A stretch of DNA of 64,000 bases from Thermodesulfovibrionia bacterium (GCA_919902995.1 CAKKSD010000017.1:14424-78423); one strand, 5' to 3'. Numbered from the stretch's first letter, positions 18,164-27,846 are shown. Notes: a model not told the origin generated them from the letters alone. Numbers and translations are program-made.

Positions 18164-19519
18164 TCACCGAATACCATATTCCTTTATTTTTGTAAGGAGG
18201 GTCTTGTAATCTATCTTGAGTAATAATGCTGCCTTTGATTTATTTCCGTCTGTAATTCTCAGTGCTCGCCTTATAGCATTACTCTCAGCATCCTTTACAA
18301 CGAATGCGGAAAGCTCCTTAAGCGGTAAAAGAGAGGAAGGCTTTTTATCATCAGTTTTATCCAGGGATAAAAATTCTATATGTTCAGGCAGGATTACATC
18401 ATTGTAGGAAAGTAGTGCCGCCCTTTTAATAACATTCTTAAGCTCTCTCACATTGCCAGGCCAGTGGTATCCGAGCAATAGTTTCATCGCATTATCGGAA
18501 ATCTCCTTTATATCTTTCCCAAGTTCTGAGGAACAATCTTCAAGGAATCTCTGGGCAAGAAAAGGTAAGTCTTCTAACCGTTCCCGCAGTGGTGGAAGAC
18601 TTATCATGAATTCACTGAGGCGAAAAAAGAGGTCTTCCCTGAGCCTCTTATCCTTTAGGGCCTGCCTTACATCCATGTTAGTTGATGAGATAATACGGAC
18701 ATCAATATCTGTCGGGCTGGTGCTTCCGAGGTGATAGATACTCTTTTCTTCTACTACGCTCAGGAGCTTACCCTGTATAGAAGGAGGAATGTTCTCCAGT
18801 TCCTCTATGAGGATAGTGCCGCCATCGGCTATTTCAAAGAAACCCATCTTTTTCTTTTCAGCACCTGTAAATGCACCCTTCTCATAACCAAAGAGTTCGC
18901 TTTCTATAAGTGTATCAGGAATCGTGCCTATATCTACCTTCACAAATGGCTTCTCTGCCCTTTTGCTCAGGTTGTGTATAATACTTGCTACGAAGGATTT
19001 TCCTGTCCCCGTTTCACCCTCAAGGAGTGTAGAAAAAGCACTCTGTGAAACCTGATATATCTGTTTTATAATCTCCTTCATAATCTGACTTCTTCCAAAC
19101 ATGTATTCAAGGGATGCTGTAAAAGCGGTGTTGAGACGTTTTACTTCCCTCTTTAACTCAAGCTTTTCTATCGCCCTTTTAAGTATTACAGAAAGTATAT
19201 CGGTCTTAATTGGTTTGACTAAAAAATCATAGGCGCCGAGTTTAATAACCTCAACTGCTGTGGGGATATCTCCATAGGCGGTTATTATGATAATAGGGAC
19301 ATCAGGGTCTATCTTTTTAAGTTCTTTCATTGTCTCGATGCCATCCATGTCAGGCATCCTGAGATCGAGGAGTACTGCATCTGGGATATCCTTATTGAAA
19401 ATATCTATAGCCTGCCTACCACCTGAAGCACCTATCGGGGAAAATCCGTTTTTCTCTAACATCTCCAATAGGACATCTTTCACTTCATTGTCGTCATCAA
19501 CAACCAATATCTTCTTCAT
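18164..19519 (-). CDS. Sigma-54-dependent response regulator (NtrC family: REC-AAA+-HTH)
   Basis: 451 aa with a receiver domain, Walker A (GETGTGKS), the GAFTGA loop (EKGAFTGAE) and a C-terminal Fis-type HTH. Confidence 0.92.
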   Translation of the reverse strand: MKKILVVDDDNEVKDVLLEMLEKNGFSPIGASGGRQAIDIFNKDIPDAVLLDLRMPDMDGIETMKELKKIDPDVPIIIITAYGDIPTAVEVIKLGAYDFLVKPIKTDILSVILKRAIEKLELKREVKRLNTAFTASLEYMFGRSQIMKEIIKQIYQVSQSAFSTLLEGETGTGKSFVASIIHNLSKRAEKPFVKVDIGTIPDTLIESELFGYEKGAFTGAEKKKMGFFEIADGGTILIEELENIPPSIQGKLLSVVEEKSIYHLGSTSPTDIDVRIISSTNMDVRQALKDKRLREDLFFRLSEFMISLPPLRERLEDLPFLAQRFLEDCSSELGKDIKEISDNAMKLLLGYHWPGNVRELKNVIKRAALLSYNDVILPEHIEFLSLDKTDDKKPSSLLPLKELSAFVVKDAESNAIRRALRITDGNKSKAALLLKIDYKTLLTKIKEYGIR

Positions 19520-19666
19520 AATGGGATTATTATATATAAACTAAAAGATATTCTCTATATATATTATTTAATCTATCAATAATAACTATTGAACTTTGAG
19601 AGAGGGATGATTTATAATTTTCTATAAAGATTTTGAAGAAATGTGAGTTTTAGAGAGGGGTATTTT

Positions 19667-20272
19667 ATGCTCATCGATGCACGGGGGCTTGGATGTCCCA
19701 AGCCTGTGATGATGGCTGAAGAGGAGATATCTAAGATAGGAGAGGGCATGGTGGATGTCCTTGTCGATAATGAAGCGGCGGTTAAGAACCTTTCGAGGTT
19801 TGCCTCAAAGAACTCCCTCTATGCAGAGACAGAGAAGATAGATAATTACTGGAGGGTGAGGCTCGTGAAGGGGTATCCATATGAAACAGGTTCGGAGTTA
19901 GGAGTTCAGAGTTCTGCGTTAAAGAAAGAAACAGAAAAGGATATCTTGCTTATTGTCGGGACGGATGCCCTGGGCAAGGAGGAGGGACTTGGAAAGATTC
20001 TGATAAAGGGTTTTTTTGAGACGATGAAAGTTACAAAAGAGATACCCCACACGATATTTTTTCTTAATGCAGGCGTGAAGCTTACAACAACCGATACAGA
20101 GATAATCCCTTTACTCAAAGATATAGAGGCGATGGGTGTTGAGATATACTCCTGTGGGACATGCCTTAAACATTATAATCTTGAACCAGAACTCAAGGTA
20201 GGACATCGGGGCACAACAAACCACATCGTTGAAGGTATAAAGGATTTTAAGAAGACGGTCTGGATAGGATAG
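19667..20272 (+). CDS. yedF: YedF-like protein (TusA/SirA-like CPxP domain fused to a DsrE-like domain)
   Basis: N-terminal IDARGLGCPKPV motif with a DsrE-like C-terminal half. The ATG at 19667 is preceded by the RBS agagagggg. The ORF-track GTG at 19643 is less likely. Confidence 0.7.
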   Translation: MLIDARGLGCPKPVMMAEEEISKIGEGMVDVLVDNEAAVKNLSRFASKNSLYAETEKIDNYWRVRLVKGYPYETGSELGVQSSALKKETEKDILLIVGTDALGKEEGLGKILIKGFFETMKVTKEIPHTIFFLNAGVKLTTTDTEIIPLLKDIEAMGVEIYSCGTCLKHYNLEPELKVGHRGTTNHIVEGIKDFKKTVWIG

Positions 20273-20282
20273 AGGAAAGATA

Positions 20283-20651
20283 ATGTCTAAGAGGGTGCTT
20301 ATCGTTGACGATGATAGTAAGAGCAGGAAAATATTTGAGGCGATTCTTATATCTATGGATTTCGAGACAGTATTGGCAAACGATGGTGATGAAGCATTCG
20401 AAATCCTTGCAGAGGACCCATATTTTGACCTGATAATCACAGATGTGATGATGCCCTACATGACAGGATTCGAATTCTCAAAAAAACTGAAGGAATACAC
20501 CGAGACAAAGAATATACCTGTCATAGCAACGAGCGCCTTTGATGACTGGAAAAAGGCAAGGGAGGAACATGATTTGATTGCCGATGGTTTTGTCGCAAAA
20601 CCTATCGATAAGGAGATCCTCAGAAAAGAGATAACAAGGATTCTGGGTTAA
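20283..20651 (+). CDS. Single-domain response regulator (CheY-like)
   Basis: 122 aa: VLIVDDD ... LIITDVMMP ... AKP. Confidence 0.85.
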   Translation: MSKRVLIVDDDSKSRKIFEAILISMDFETVLANDGDEAFEILAEDPYFDLIITDVMMPYMTGFEFSKKLKEYTETKNIPVIATSAFDDWKKAREEHDLIADGFVAKPIDKEILRKEITRILG

Positions 20652-20711
20652 GGGGATGAGGAGAGACTTATAATACATTAAAACCAGGAATACTCTGTCT
20701 TGGTGCCTGTA

Positions 20712-20972
20712 TCATTCAGTATCACTCTTAGTTAGTTTATTATATAACCACCCTATCAGTGCCCCGCTCAGGAGGCCATCGAGGAATCCGTATAACAATC
20801 CCAAAAAACTTCTGGCAGGGGTGATCTCATAGCCTGGATATATAGAGACAGCAAGAACCTCCAGAAATTCCTTTGCATATCCAGTGTAGTAAGATATAAA
20901 TGTCGTAATGAATATCGATCCTCCCCATACTATCCCTATAGAAACCCCGAGTGCCCAAGGTCTAAGTTTCAT
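20712..20972 (-). CDS. Small membrane protein, function unknown
   Basis: 86 aa with 2-3 hydrophobic helices and an RBS (aaggaggtaaaag). No motif recognised. Confidence 0.5.
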   Translation of the reverse strand: MKLRPWALGVSIGIVWGGSIFITTFISYYTGYAKEFLEVLAVSIYPGYEITPARSFLGLLYGFLDGLLSGALIGWLYNKLTKSDTE

Positions 20973-20995
20973 CTTTTACCTCCTTCTTTCCTTTG

Positions 20996-21419
20996 CTCTG
21001 GATTCTCTGGTCAAGCCAGAGAATGACGAAAGTAATAATAGTGTTATACCAGACCAACAACTAATGCCATTCCCCGACTTGATCGGGGAATCCAGTTATT
21101 AAATCTTCATACAAATCTCTCCAATCAGGATTCGATTTCTCAATAAGTTCTAATTTCCACTTGCGATTGTAATTTTTCAGCCTTTTCTCTCTCTTAATTG
21201 CACTTTCTGGGTCTCGACATTGTTCGTAATAGACAAGTTTGTCTGCACCGTATTTCTTAGTAAATCCTTTTACTAATTTGTTCTTGTGATCCCAAACACG
21301 CTTTATCAAATCAGAGGTCACTCCAACATACAAAGTGCCATTTCGCTTACTCGCTAATATGTAAACATAAAAACTCTTTTCCATATTCTCTGGATTCTCC
21401 AGTCAAGCTGGAGAATTGC
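20996..21419. mobile_element. Candidate mobile unit: a GIY-YIG gene bracketed by direct copies of a family B module
   Basis: ctctggattctctggtcaagccagagaatgac (20996..21028) and ctctggattctccagtcaagctggagaattgc (21388..21419) are direct repeats flanking the gene. Confidence 0.35.
21061..21384 (-). CDS. GIY-YIG nuclease superfamily protein (UPF0213/YhbQ-like)
   Basis: 107 aa with FYVYILAS..GTLYVGVT (GIY...YIG), an R and E core, and KRLKNYNRKWK. The last 10 codons are encoded by a repeat module (ccattccccgacttgatcggggaatccag). Confidence 0.85.
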   Translation of the reverse strand: MEKSFYVYILASKRNGTLYVGVTSDLIKRVWDHKNKLVKGFTKKYGADKLVYYEQCRDPESAIKREKRLKNYNRKWKLELIEKSNPDWRDLYEDLITGFPDQVGEWH

Positions 21420-21464
21420 ATTATAATGACATTTCTGTGTAATCATATTCTAAAATCGGCGTAA

Positions 21465-22145
21465 TCAAGCATCATTAACTTTACCCTCAATAACAATGAC
21501 AATCTCACCCTTTGGACGAGCCCCTAACTTATCTATTACCTCTGATACTGTCCCCCTTATCATCTCTTCGTGGATCTTTGTCAATTCCCTTGCTACAGAA
21601 ACCTTCCTCTCACCGAATATCTCCCTTATCTCATTGAGGGTCTTAAGGGCTCTATAAGGTGATTCGTAGAGGATAAGGGTATGCTCGATTGTTGAAAGGG
21701 TCTTAAGGGTCTTTTCCCTCGCAGTCCTTTTTTTGGGGAGAAACCCTATGAAGGAAAACCGATCTGTAGATAGTCCGGATATAGAAAGTGCGGTAGTAAA
21801 AGCGGTAGTCCCGGGTATCGGTATAATCCTTATCCCCTCCTCTATTGTTCTCTTTATAAGATAATAGCCAGGGTCGGAGATCCCCGGTGTCCCTGCATCA
21901 GAGACAAGGGCGATATCTACCCCCTCTTTCATCTTTGCGATAAGGATTTCAGCCTTCTCGTATTTATTGTGGTCATGGTAGCTTGTGAGAGGAATGTGGA
22001 TGTCATATCGGCTGAGGAGTTTCCTTGTATGTCTTGTATCCTCAGCAGCGATGACACCTGCTTCTTTAAGAACCCTGATCGCCCTGAGTGTGATATCCTC
22101 GAGGTTTCCGATTGGGGTGGAGACTATGTAGAGATTGCCAGCCAT
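21465..22145 (-). CDS. rsmI: 16S rRNA (cytidine1402-2'-O)-methyltransferase
   Basis: GNLYIVSTPIGNLEDIT and AEDTRHT motifs. The ATG at 22145 is preferred over the upstream extension to 22193. Confidence 0.9.
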   Translation of the reverse strand: MAGNLYIVSTPIGNLEDITLRAIRVLKEAGVIAAEDTRHTRKLLSRYDIHIPLTSYHDHNKYEKAEILIAKMKEGVDIALVSDAGTPGISDPGYYLIKRTIEEGIRIIPIPGTTAFTTALSISGLSTDRFSFIGFLPKKRTAREKTLKTLSTIEHTLILYESPYRALKTLNEIREIFGERKVSVARELTKIHEEMIRGTVSEVIDKLGARPKGEIVIVIEGKVNDA

Positions 22146-22180
22146 ATTAAAAAAACATATTAAATAAAGGGACAAACTAT

Positions 22181-22424
22181 AGCAGGAATCCAATCCGTTT
22201 TATCCGTCATGCTCGAAGTTATTAATCGGGCATCCAGGGTTTCCCGCGAAAACGGGAATCTATAACCTTAGCTGGTTCCCCGCCTCGCGGGGACAAGTTT
22301 GCTTCCTAGTTCCCCGATTGAGATCTTCTGGGACAAGTTTCACGAGGACGGCATCTGGATTCCCACTTTCGTAGGAATGACGAAAAGAAAATGAGATTGC
22401 CACGGGCTTCGCCCGCGCAATGAC
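22181..22424. repeat. Array of family B hairpin modules
   Basis: cgtcatgctcgaag...cgggcatccag, tttcccgcgaaaacgggaatc, ccccgcctcgcgggg, ctggattcccactttcgtaggaatgacg and gagattgccacgggcttcgcccgcgcaatgac. Confidence 0.8.
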
Positions 22425-22449
22425 AAAAACATTTACTATGTTAGTTATG

Positions 22450-23706
22450 TTATTCCCTTAACTGTCCGTTTCCGAAGACTATGAATTTTGGACATGTGAG
22501 CTCCTCAAGACCCATCGGTCCCCTCGCATGTATCCTTGTAGTGGATATACCTATCTCTGCGCCAAGACCGAACTGGAAACCGTCATTAAGCCTTGTTGAT
22601 GCATTAACGAATACAGCAGAGGAGTCCACCTCCCTGAGAAACCGCATCGCTTTCTGGTGATTGTTTGTGACTATCGCATCCGAATGCTGAGAACCATAGG
22701 TGGCTATATGATCCATGGCATCATCGAGATTCTTCACGATCTTTATATTAAGGATGAGGTCTAAGTATTCATTGTACCAGTCGTCATCAGAGGCTTTCTT
22801 CATATCAGGAAATAACTTCAAAGTCTCTTTGCACCCCCTTAGTTCCACGCCTGCATCCTTTAATCTTTTGACCATTCCTGTAAGGAAGTTTTTGGCGATA
22901 TCTCTATGAACAAGCATCGTCTCCATCGCATTACATGTCCCCGGCCTCTGTACCTTTGCATTAAAGCATATATCTTCTGCCATCTTTAAATCTGCATCAC
23001 TATCCACATAGACATGGCATACCCCTTTATAATGCTTTATGACAGGTATCTTTGAATTTTCGACAACAGCCCTTATAAGACCCTCACCTCCCCTCGGTAT
23101 TATTAAGTCTATGACTTCTTCGAGTTTAAGCATCTCATTTACTGCCTGCCTGTCAGGGTTGTCGATAAATGTTATTGCATCACCCGGGACTCCTGCCTTC
23201 TCGGCAGCCTTAGAGAGTATTGACACGATTGCCTTATTTGAATTTATTGCCTCAGACCCACCCCTGAGTATTACAGCGTTTCCTGCCTTCATACAGAGGC
23301 TTGTGGCATCGGCAGTGACATTAGGTCTTGCCTCATAGATGATCCCGATCACGCCTATGGGAACCCTCATTCTTCCGACCTCCATACCATTAGGTCTCCT
23401 CCAGATTTTTATTATCTCTCCAACTGGGTCTGGAAGCTGGGCTACTTCCCTCAGTCCTTCTGACATTTCTTTGATCCGCTTCGGATTAAGGGTAAGCCTG
23501 TCTATCATCGCCTTTGAAAGGCCCTTCTTTTCGGCAGATTCTATATCTTTCCTGTTTTCCTTTATGAGTTCTTCTGCTTTCTTTTCTATCTCTTCAGCCA
23601 TAGCGATCAGGGCATCGTTCTTAACCTTTGTGGAAAGGTTTGCAAGAACCCTCGATGCCTTCTTTGCCCTTCGAGCCTTCTCTGTTACATAAGATTTAAT
23701 ATCCAA
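22450..23706 (-). CDS. proA: Gamma-glutamyl phosphate reductase
   Basis: 418 aa in the aldehyde dehydrogenase fold, with ProA-like motifs (IYEARPNVT, GTCNAMETMLVH). Confidence 0.95.
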   Translation of the reverse strand: MDIKSYVTEKARRAKKASRVLANLSTKVKNDALIAMAEEIEKKAEELIKENRKDIESAEKKGLSKAMIDRLTLNPKRIKEMSEGLREVAQLPDPVGEIIKIWRRPNGMEVGRMRVPIGVIGIIYEARPNVTADATSLCMKAGNAVILRGGSEAINSNKAIVSILSKAAEKAGVPGDAITFIDNPDRQAVNEMLKLEEVIDLIIPRGGEGLIRAVVENSKIPVIKHYKGVCHVYVDSDADLKMAEDICFNAKVQRPGTCNAMETMLVHRDIAKNFLTGMVKRLKDAGVELRGCKETLKLFPDMKKASDDDWYNEYLDLILNIKIVKNLDDAMDHIATYGSQHSDAIVTNNHQKAMRFLREVDSSAVFVNASTRLNDGFQFGLGAEIGISTTRIHARGPMGLEELTCPKFIVFGNGQLRE

Positions 23707-23742
23707 GATATCTCCTCCTCGAAATTAATCCTTCTTTACAAA

Positions 23743-24132
23743 TTAAAAATATTTAAGCGTAAGATTGTCTATATTCTCGAAATGTACATCCTTACTAATC
23801 AAAGGAATCTTATTCTCGATACATAGAGATGCAATCCATAAATCATTTTCAGGGATTGGTTTGCCCTTCTTTCTAAGGGATAATCTGGTCTTTGCATAAG
23901 TGGTTGCGGTAGTTTCTTTTATTTCTAAAATCTTTGACCTCTGAATTAGTTTCTTATATCTTGCAAGATTTTGTTCAACATGTGATGAATTCAAAGCACC
24001 GAAAATTAGCTCCCCGACAACAATTACAGGTAGATATATTTCAGAATATTTTGATAGAAAGTCCTCTATTACTTTATCACCGTTTAAAAATCTTATGGAG
24101 ATATCTGTATCGAGGGCAATTTTACCACTCAT
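23743..24132 (-). CDS. vapC: PIN-domain toxin (VapC family)
   Basis: 129 aa with acidic PIN residues (LDTDISI ... VVGEL ... DLWIA ... SKDVHF). It overlaps the upstream antitoxin gene by 11 nt. Confidence 0.85.
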   Translation of the reverse strand: MSGKIALDTDISIRFLNGDKVIEDFLSKYSEIYLPVIVVGELIFGALNSSHVEQNLARYKKLIQRSKILEIKETTATTYAKTRLSLRKKGKPIPENDLWIASLCIENKIPLISKDVHFENIDNLTLKYF

Positions 24133-24346
24133 TGATGTCTACTTTTTCGAATTCTTCTTCAACTATTCTTAGCATTTCTTCGGCATCATCATCAGGAAGT
24201 ATTCCGCAGAGCCCCTTAAAAGGGTGTTTTTTCTTTAAAGGCTTCTCGATCGTTATAGCAACCTTTTGATGTTTTTTCAAACCTTTTATTGGACTAAGAG
24301 GTCGAAGTACCCCATCTTTATAAATTGCTTCAATGGTTTTTGGCAT
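24122..24346 (-). CDS. DUF104-type antitoxin
   Basis: 74 aa. The N-terminal EAIYKDGVLRPL motif is typical of the AF2212/DUF104 antitoxin family paired with PIN toxins. Confidence 0.7.
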   Translation of the reverse strand: MPKTIEAIYKDGVLRPLSPIKGLKKHQKVAITIEKPLKKKHPFKGLCGILPDDDAEEMLRIVEEEFEKVDINEW

Positions 24347-24411
24347 TAAACACCTCCTCGGTTTTATATTTTATCATATTTTAAAAGAATGTTTGATAAA
24401 AATATGGGCAG

Positions 24412-24729
24412 TTATCTCGCAATTGCCCTGATAACCTTCAGGGCAAGGCGGAGGGTAGATTCATCAGCGGTTCTGGCAATACTCTGCATGGCTTCTTTAA
24501 GCTCTTTATGACTTACAATATGCTCGAAATCAAAAATCTCCAACATCTCTACCTCAAGGGCATCGGCAATTTTTATAAACATGTCGAGGGTAGGGTTTTC
24601 TTTGCCACATTCAATCCGACTAAGATAATTCGGGCTTATGTCAGCCTTCTCTGCGACCTTTTCTTGAGAAAGTCCATGTTTCTTTCGTAATTCCTGAATT
24701 CGCCTACCTATCAACTCCTTTTTGTTCAT
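24412..24729 (-). CDS. XRE-family HTH transcriptional regulator
   Basis: IQELRKKHGLSQEKVAEKADISPNYLSRIECG. The ATG at 24729 has the RBS gggagga. The ORF-track start at 24801 is unlikely. Confidence 0.85.
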   Translation of the reverse strand: MNKKELIGRRIQELRKKHGLSQEKVAEKADISPNYLSRIECGKENPTLDMFIKIADALEVEMLEIFDFEHIVSHKELKEAMQSIARTADESTLRLALKVIRAIAR

Positions 24730-24933
24730 TATTCCTCCCATAATCATGGCTTTAAGATGGGAGGTTTGTAAATGCACCAATGCAATAAAATATATTGACA
24801 TACTTAAACTATTGGGTATATTATTATACCTATCAGAGTCATTATTAAGACCAAATTATAACTATTACGGTAATAAAAAGCCAAGAAGATAGGAAAACGC
24901 CCTTTTTATTTGAAAGGAGGTGAGACTAATAAA

Positions 24934-25332
24934 ATGAGGTCATTTATAATTTTCTTATTATTAGGTTTGTCCACTTTATTCTTTGGCTGTGACAGTGGTG
25001 GAGGAGGTACGACAGGGCCGACTACTACTTACAATGTTACTGGGACCTGGACTGGGACAGTAAGTGGTGGTAGTATGCCACCCGGAGAGACAATAACTCT
25101 GAATTTGACTCAAAGTGGAAATGTTGTAACAGGTACAGTGCAGTCAGAAACTGAGACCTTTAACATTACCAGTGGGTCTTTCTCTGATAGAACCTTACAA
25201 ATTTCTTTCACCCCTCCAGAGTCTCTATCTCAAGTCAATGTGACAGGAACTATTAGTGATGATGGAAACAGAATTTCAGGAACCTGGACAGCCGGGACAG
25301 AAACTGGTTCCTTTGAGGTGAGGAGGGTCTAA
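24934..25332 (+). CDS. Thr/Gly-rich lipoprotein
   Basis: Signal peptide plus lipobox (LFFGC). The ATG at 24934 lies 13 nt after the aaggagg RBS. Confidence 0.7.
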   Translation: MRSFIIFLLLGLSTLFFGCDSGGGGTTGPTTTYNVTGTWTGTVSGGSMPPGETITLNLTQSGNVVTGTVQSETETFNITSGSFSDRTLQISFTPPESLSQVNVTGTISDDGNRISGTWTAGTETGSFEVRRV

Positions 25333-25348
25333 TAAGCAGAAAGGGTAA

Positions 25349-25622
25349 GAGGGGTAGCGGGGGCTTTAGCCTCCCTTTTAAAGTGGGCGACTAAAGTCGC
25401 CCCTACCCATTTTTTTCGTCATTCCTGCCCCGTATCAAGCCTGTCCTCAACTTGATTGGGGATACGGGGTAAACTCCAGCAGGAATCCAGCAAGACTTAA
25501 AGGAACTGGATTCCGCATCCCTGAATCAAGTTCAGGACAGGCAAGTGCGGAATGACATTTTTAATAGAAAAGACATGAATTCTGCTGGAGTTTACCCCCG
25601 CGAAAGCAGGGGCGGGAATGAC
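25349..25622. repeat. Family C and family B hairpin module array
   Basis: ggggtagcgggggctttagcctccc / gggcgactaaagtcgcccctaccc, then cgtcattcctgcccc..., ctggattccgcatccc...gtgcggaatgac and ...ggggcgggaatgac. Confidence 0.8.
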
Positions 25623-25671
25623 AGAAATAGTAGTATAAAAAACTGTTTGGGACAGTAAATTAGGATTTACC

Positions 25672-26790
25672 TCATAGTATCACCATATTATCCCTGTGTA
25701 TTACCTCATCGTCGTATTTATATCCGAGAATTGTCTCTATCTCAGAACTTTTCATGCCTTTGATCTTACTGAGATCCTCCGAAGAATAATTAATAATCCC
25801 CTTGGCGATTTTCTTCCCTGATTCATCCTCACAGCTTACTGCATCACCCACACCGAATCTACCTTCAACTGCTGTTATACCTGAAGGGAGAAGGCTCTTC
25901 CCCTTTGTGAGTATAGCCCTTTTAGCACCTTCGTCTATAATCAGGATTCCTTTAGACCTTGCTGTATAAGCGATCCAGTGTTTTCTCAGAGATAGACGGT
26001 TTTTGCCTGTCGAGAAAAGGGTGCCTATATTTTTATATTCGAAGAAACCATGGATAGATCCATGCTTTGTACCATTAATAATAGCAGAAGATACACCCAT
26101 AGCAGATGCCCTTTTTGCTGCCTGAACCTTTGAGAACATACCGCCTGTACCTTCTATAGTAGAACTTTTACCTGCTATCGCCTCAATCTGAGATGTTATG
26201 TCTGTTACGAGGTCTATAAGTCTGGCATCGGAGTTAGATCGCGGGTCTGATGTATAAAGCCCATCCACATCAGAGAGGATTAACAAAAGATCTGCCTGGA
26301 GGAGATTTGTGACCATGACTGCGAGTGTATCATTATCACCAAACTTAATCTCATCAACAGCAACGGTATCATTCTCATTTATTACAGGTATTACACCTAA
26401 ACCTATGAGGGTTTCGATTGTATTTCTGGCATAGAGGTAACGTCTCCTTTCCGAAAGGTCTTCCCTTGTGAGAAGAACCTGGGCAACCTTCTTTCCATAG
26501 GTCTCAAAACTTTTCTCATATGCCCACATGAGGCGGCTCTGACCAACTGCTGCTACTGCCTGCTTCATTTTTATTTCCTTTGGTCTTTCAACCAAAGAAA
26601 GCCTTCCCATCCCTGCAGCAATAGCCCCTGATGATACAATCACCACCTCTTTATCTATATTGCTTATCTCTTCTGCTAAGGAATCAATCCTACTCTGGTT
26701 TATACCTTCCTTAGAAGCGAGGACAGTGCTCCCTACCTTTATCACTACCCTTTTAGCGGACTTTATTAATTCTTCCCTTATGTTCTCCAT
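25672..26790 (-). CDS. proB: Glutamate 5-kinase (with PUA domain)
   Basis: 372 aa with VIKVGS, NENDTV and a C-terminal PUA-like region. Confidence 0.95.
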   Translation of the reverse strand: MENIREELIKSAKRVVIKVGSTVLASKEGINQSRIDSLAEEISNIDKEVVIVSSGAIAAGMGRLSLVERPKEIKMKQAVAAVGQSRLMWAYEKSFETYGKKVAQVLLTREDLSERRRYLYARNTIETLIGLGVIPVINENDTVAVDEIKFGDNDTLAVMVTNLLQADLLLILSDVDGLYTSDPRSNSDARLIDLVTDITSQIEAIAGKSSTIEGTGGMFSKVQAAKRASAMGVSSAIINGTKHGSIHGFFEYKNIGTLFSTGKNRLSLRKHWIAYTARSKGILIIDEGAKRAILTKGKSLLPSGITAVEGRFGVGDAVSCEDESGKKIAKGIINYSSEDLSKIKGMKSSEIETILGYKYDDEVIHRDNMVIL

Positions 26791-27836
26791 CAGGTCCAGA
26801 TCCTTTCTATTTGCTGGGCTTGACCCTTAGTCTTCGATCTTAATCCTTCAACCTTAATCGAAAAATAGGAAAGTAAGTCGTTTATCCCTTTTCCAGTTAT
26901 GGCAGAGATAGGGAAAATCCTGTATCCTGATTCCTCACAGAATTTCTTCAGGCGGGGAAGTTTGTCACCTTTTCCCATGACATCTATCTTATTGGCTACT
27001 ACAACCTGATGTCTTTCTACAAGGGATGGATCGTAGAGACCGAGTTCTCTATTTATGATTTTAAAATTCTCGATCGGATCCCCAGGGCTATCTTCCGATA
27101 CATCAACAAGATGAGCAAGGATGGAAGTCCTCTCCACATGCCTCAAAAACTGAAAGCCAAGTCCAGCACCCTTATGTGCCCCTTCGATAAGGCCGGGGAT
27201 ATCTGCTACAACAAAACTTTTTAAGTCACCATGTCTGACCACACCGAGTACAGGTGAAAGGGTTGTGAATGGATAGTCTGCTATCTTCGGTCTTGCAGAA
27301 GATATTGCAGATATAAGAGTGGATTTCCCTGAATTCGGCATCCCGATAAGACCCACATCTGCTATCAATTTCAGTTCTAATAGCAACCATTTTTCTTCAC
27401 CTTCCTCACCAGGCTGGGCGAATCTTGGTGCCTGCCTTGTAGAGGTTACGAAGAAGGCATTACCTTTACCACCCCTTCCACCTTTAACCGCAATAACCTC
27501 CATCCCTTCCTCTGTAAGGTCTGACAAGATCTCACCGGTATTGAAATCTTTAACTACGGTTCCAACAGGGACATGGATAATAATAGCAGGTCCATCCTTC
27601 CCGTGTTTATTCTTTCCCTTACCATGTTCACCTCTCTTTGCCCTGTAATGGAGATGATATTTGAGATCAAGCAGCGTATTGAGATCCTCTGTGGCCCTCA
27701 CGATTATATCTCCTCCCTTTCCGCCATCACCGCCATTAGGCCCTCCCTTAGGGACATACTTCTCCCTTCTGAAGCTTATGCAGCCCTTTCCACCATCACC
27801 TGCCTTCACAAAGATCTTTACCTGGTCGGCGAACAT
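26790..27836 (-). CDS. obg: GTPase Obg
   Basis: N-terminal Gly-rich Obg fold (GDGGKGCISFRREK...GGDGGKGG) with G1 GMPNSGKST and G4 NKID motifs. Confidence 0.95.
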   Translation of the reverse strand: MFADQVKIFVKAGDGGKGCISFRREKYVPKGGPNGGDGGKGGDIIVRATEDLNTLLDLKYHLHYRAKRGEHGKGKNKHGKDGPAIIIHVPVGTVVKDFNTGEILSDLTEEGMEVIAVKGGRGGKGNAFFVTSTRQAPRFAQPGEEGEEKWLLLELKLIADVGLIGMPNSGKSTLISAISSARPKIADYPFTTLSPVLGVVRHGDLKSFVVADIPGLIEGAHKGAGLGFQFLRHVERTSILAHLVDVSEDSPGDPIENFKIINRELGLYDPSLVERHQVVVANKIDVMGKGDKLPRLKKFCEESGYRIFPISAITGKGINDLLSYFSIKVEGLRSKTKGQAQQIERIWT

Positions 27837-27846
27837 ATATAAAAAT

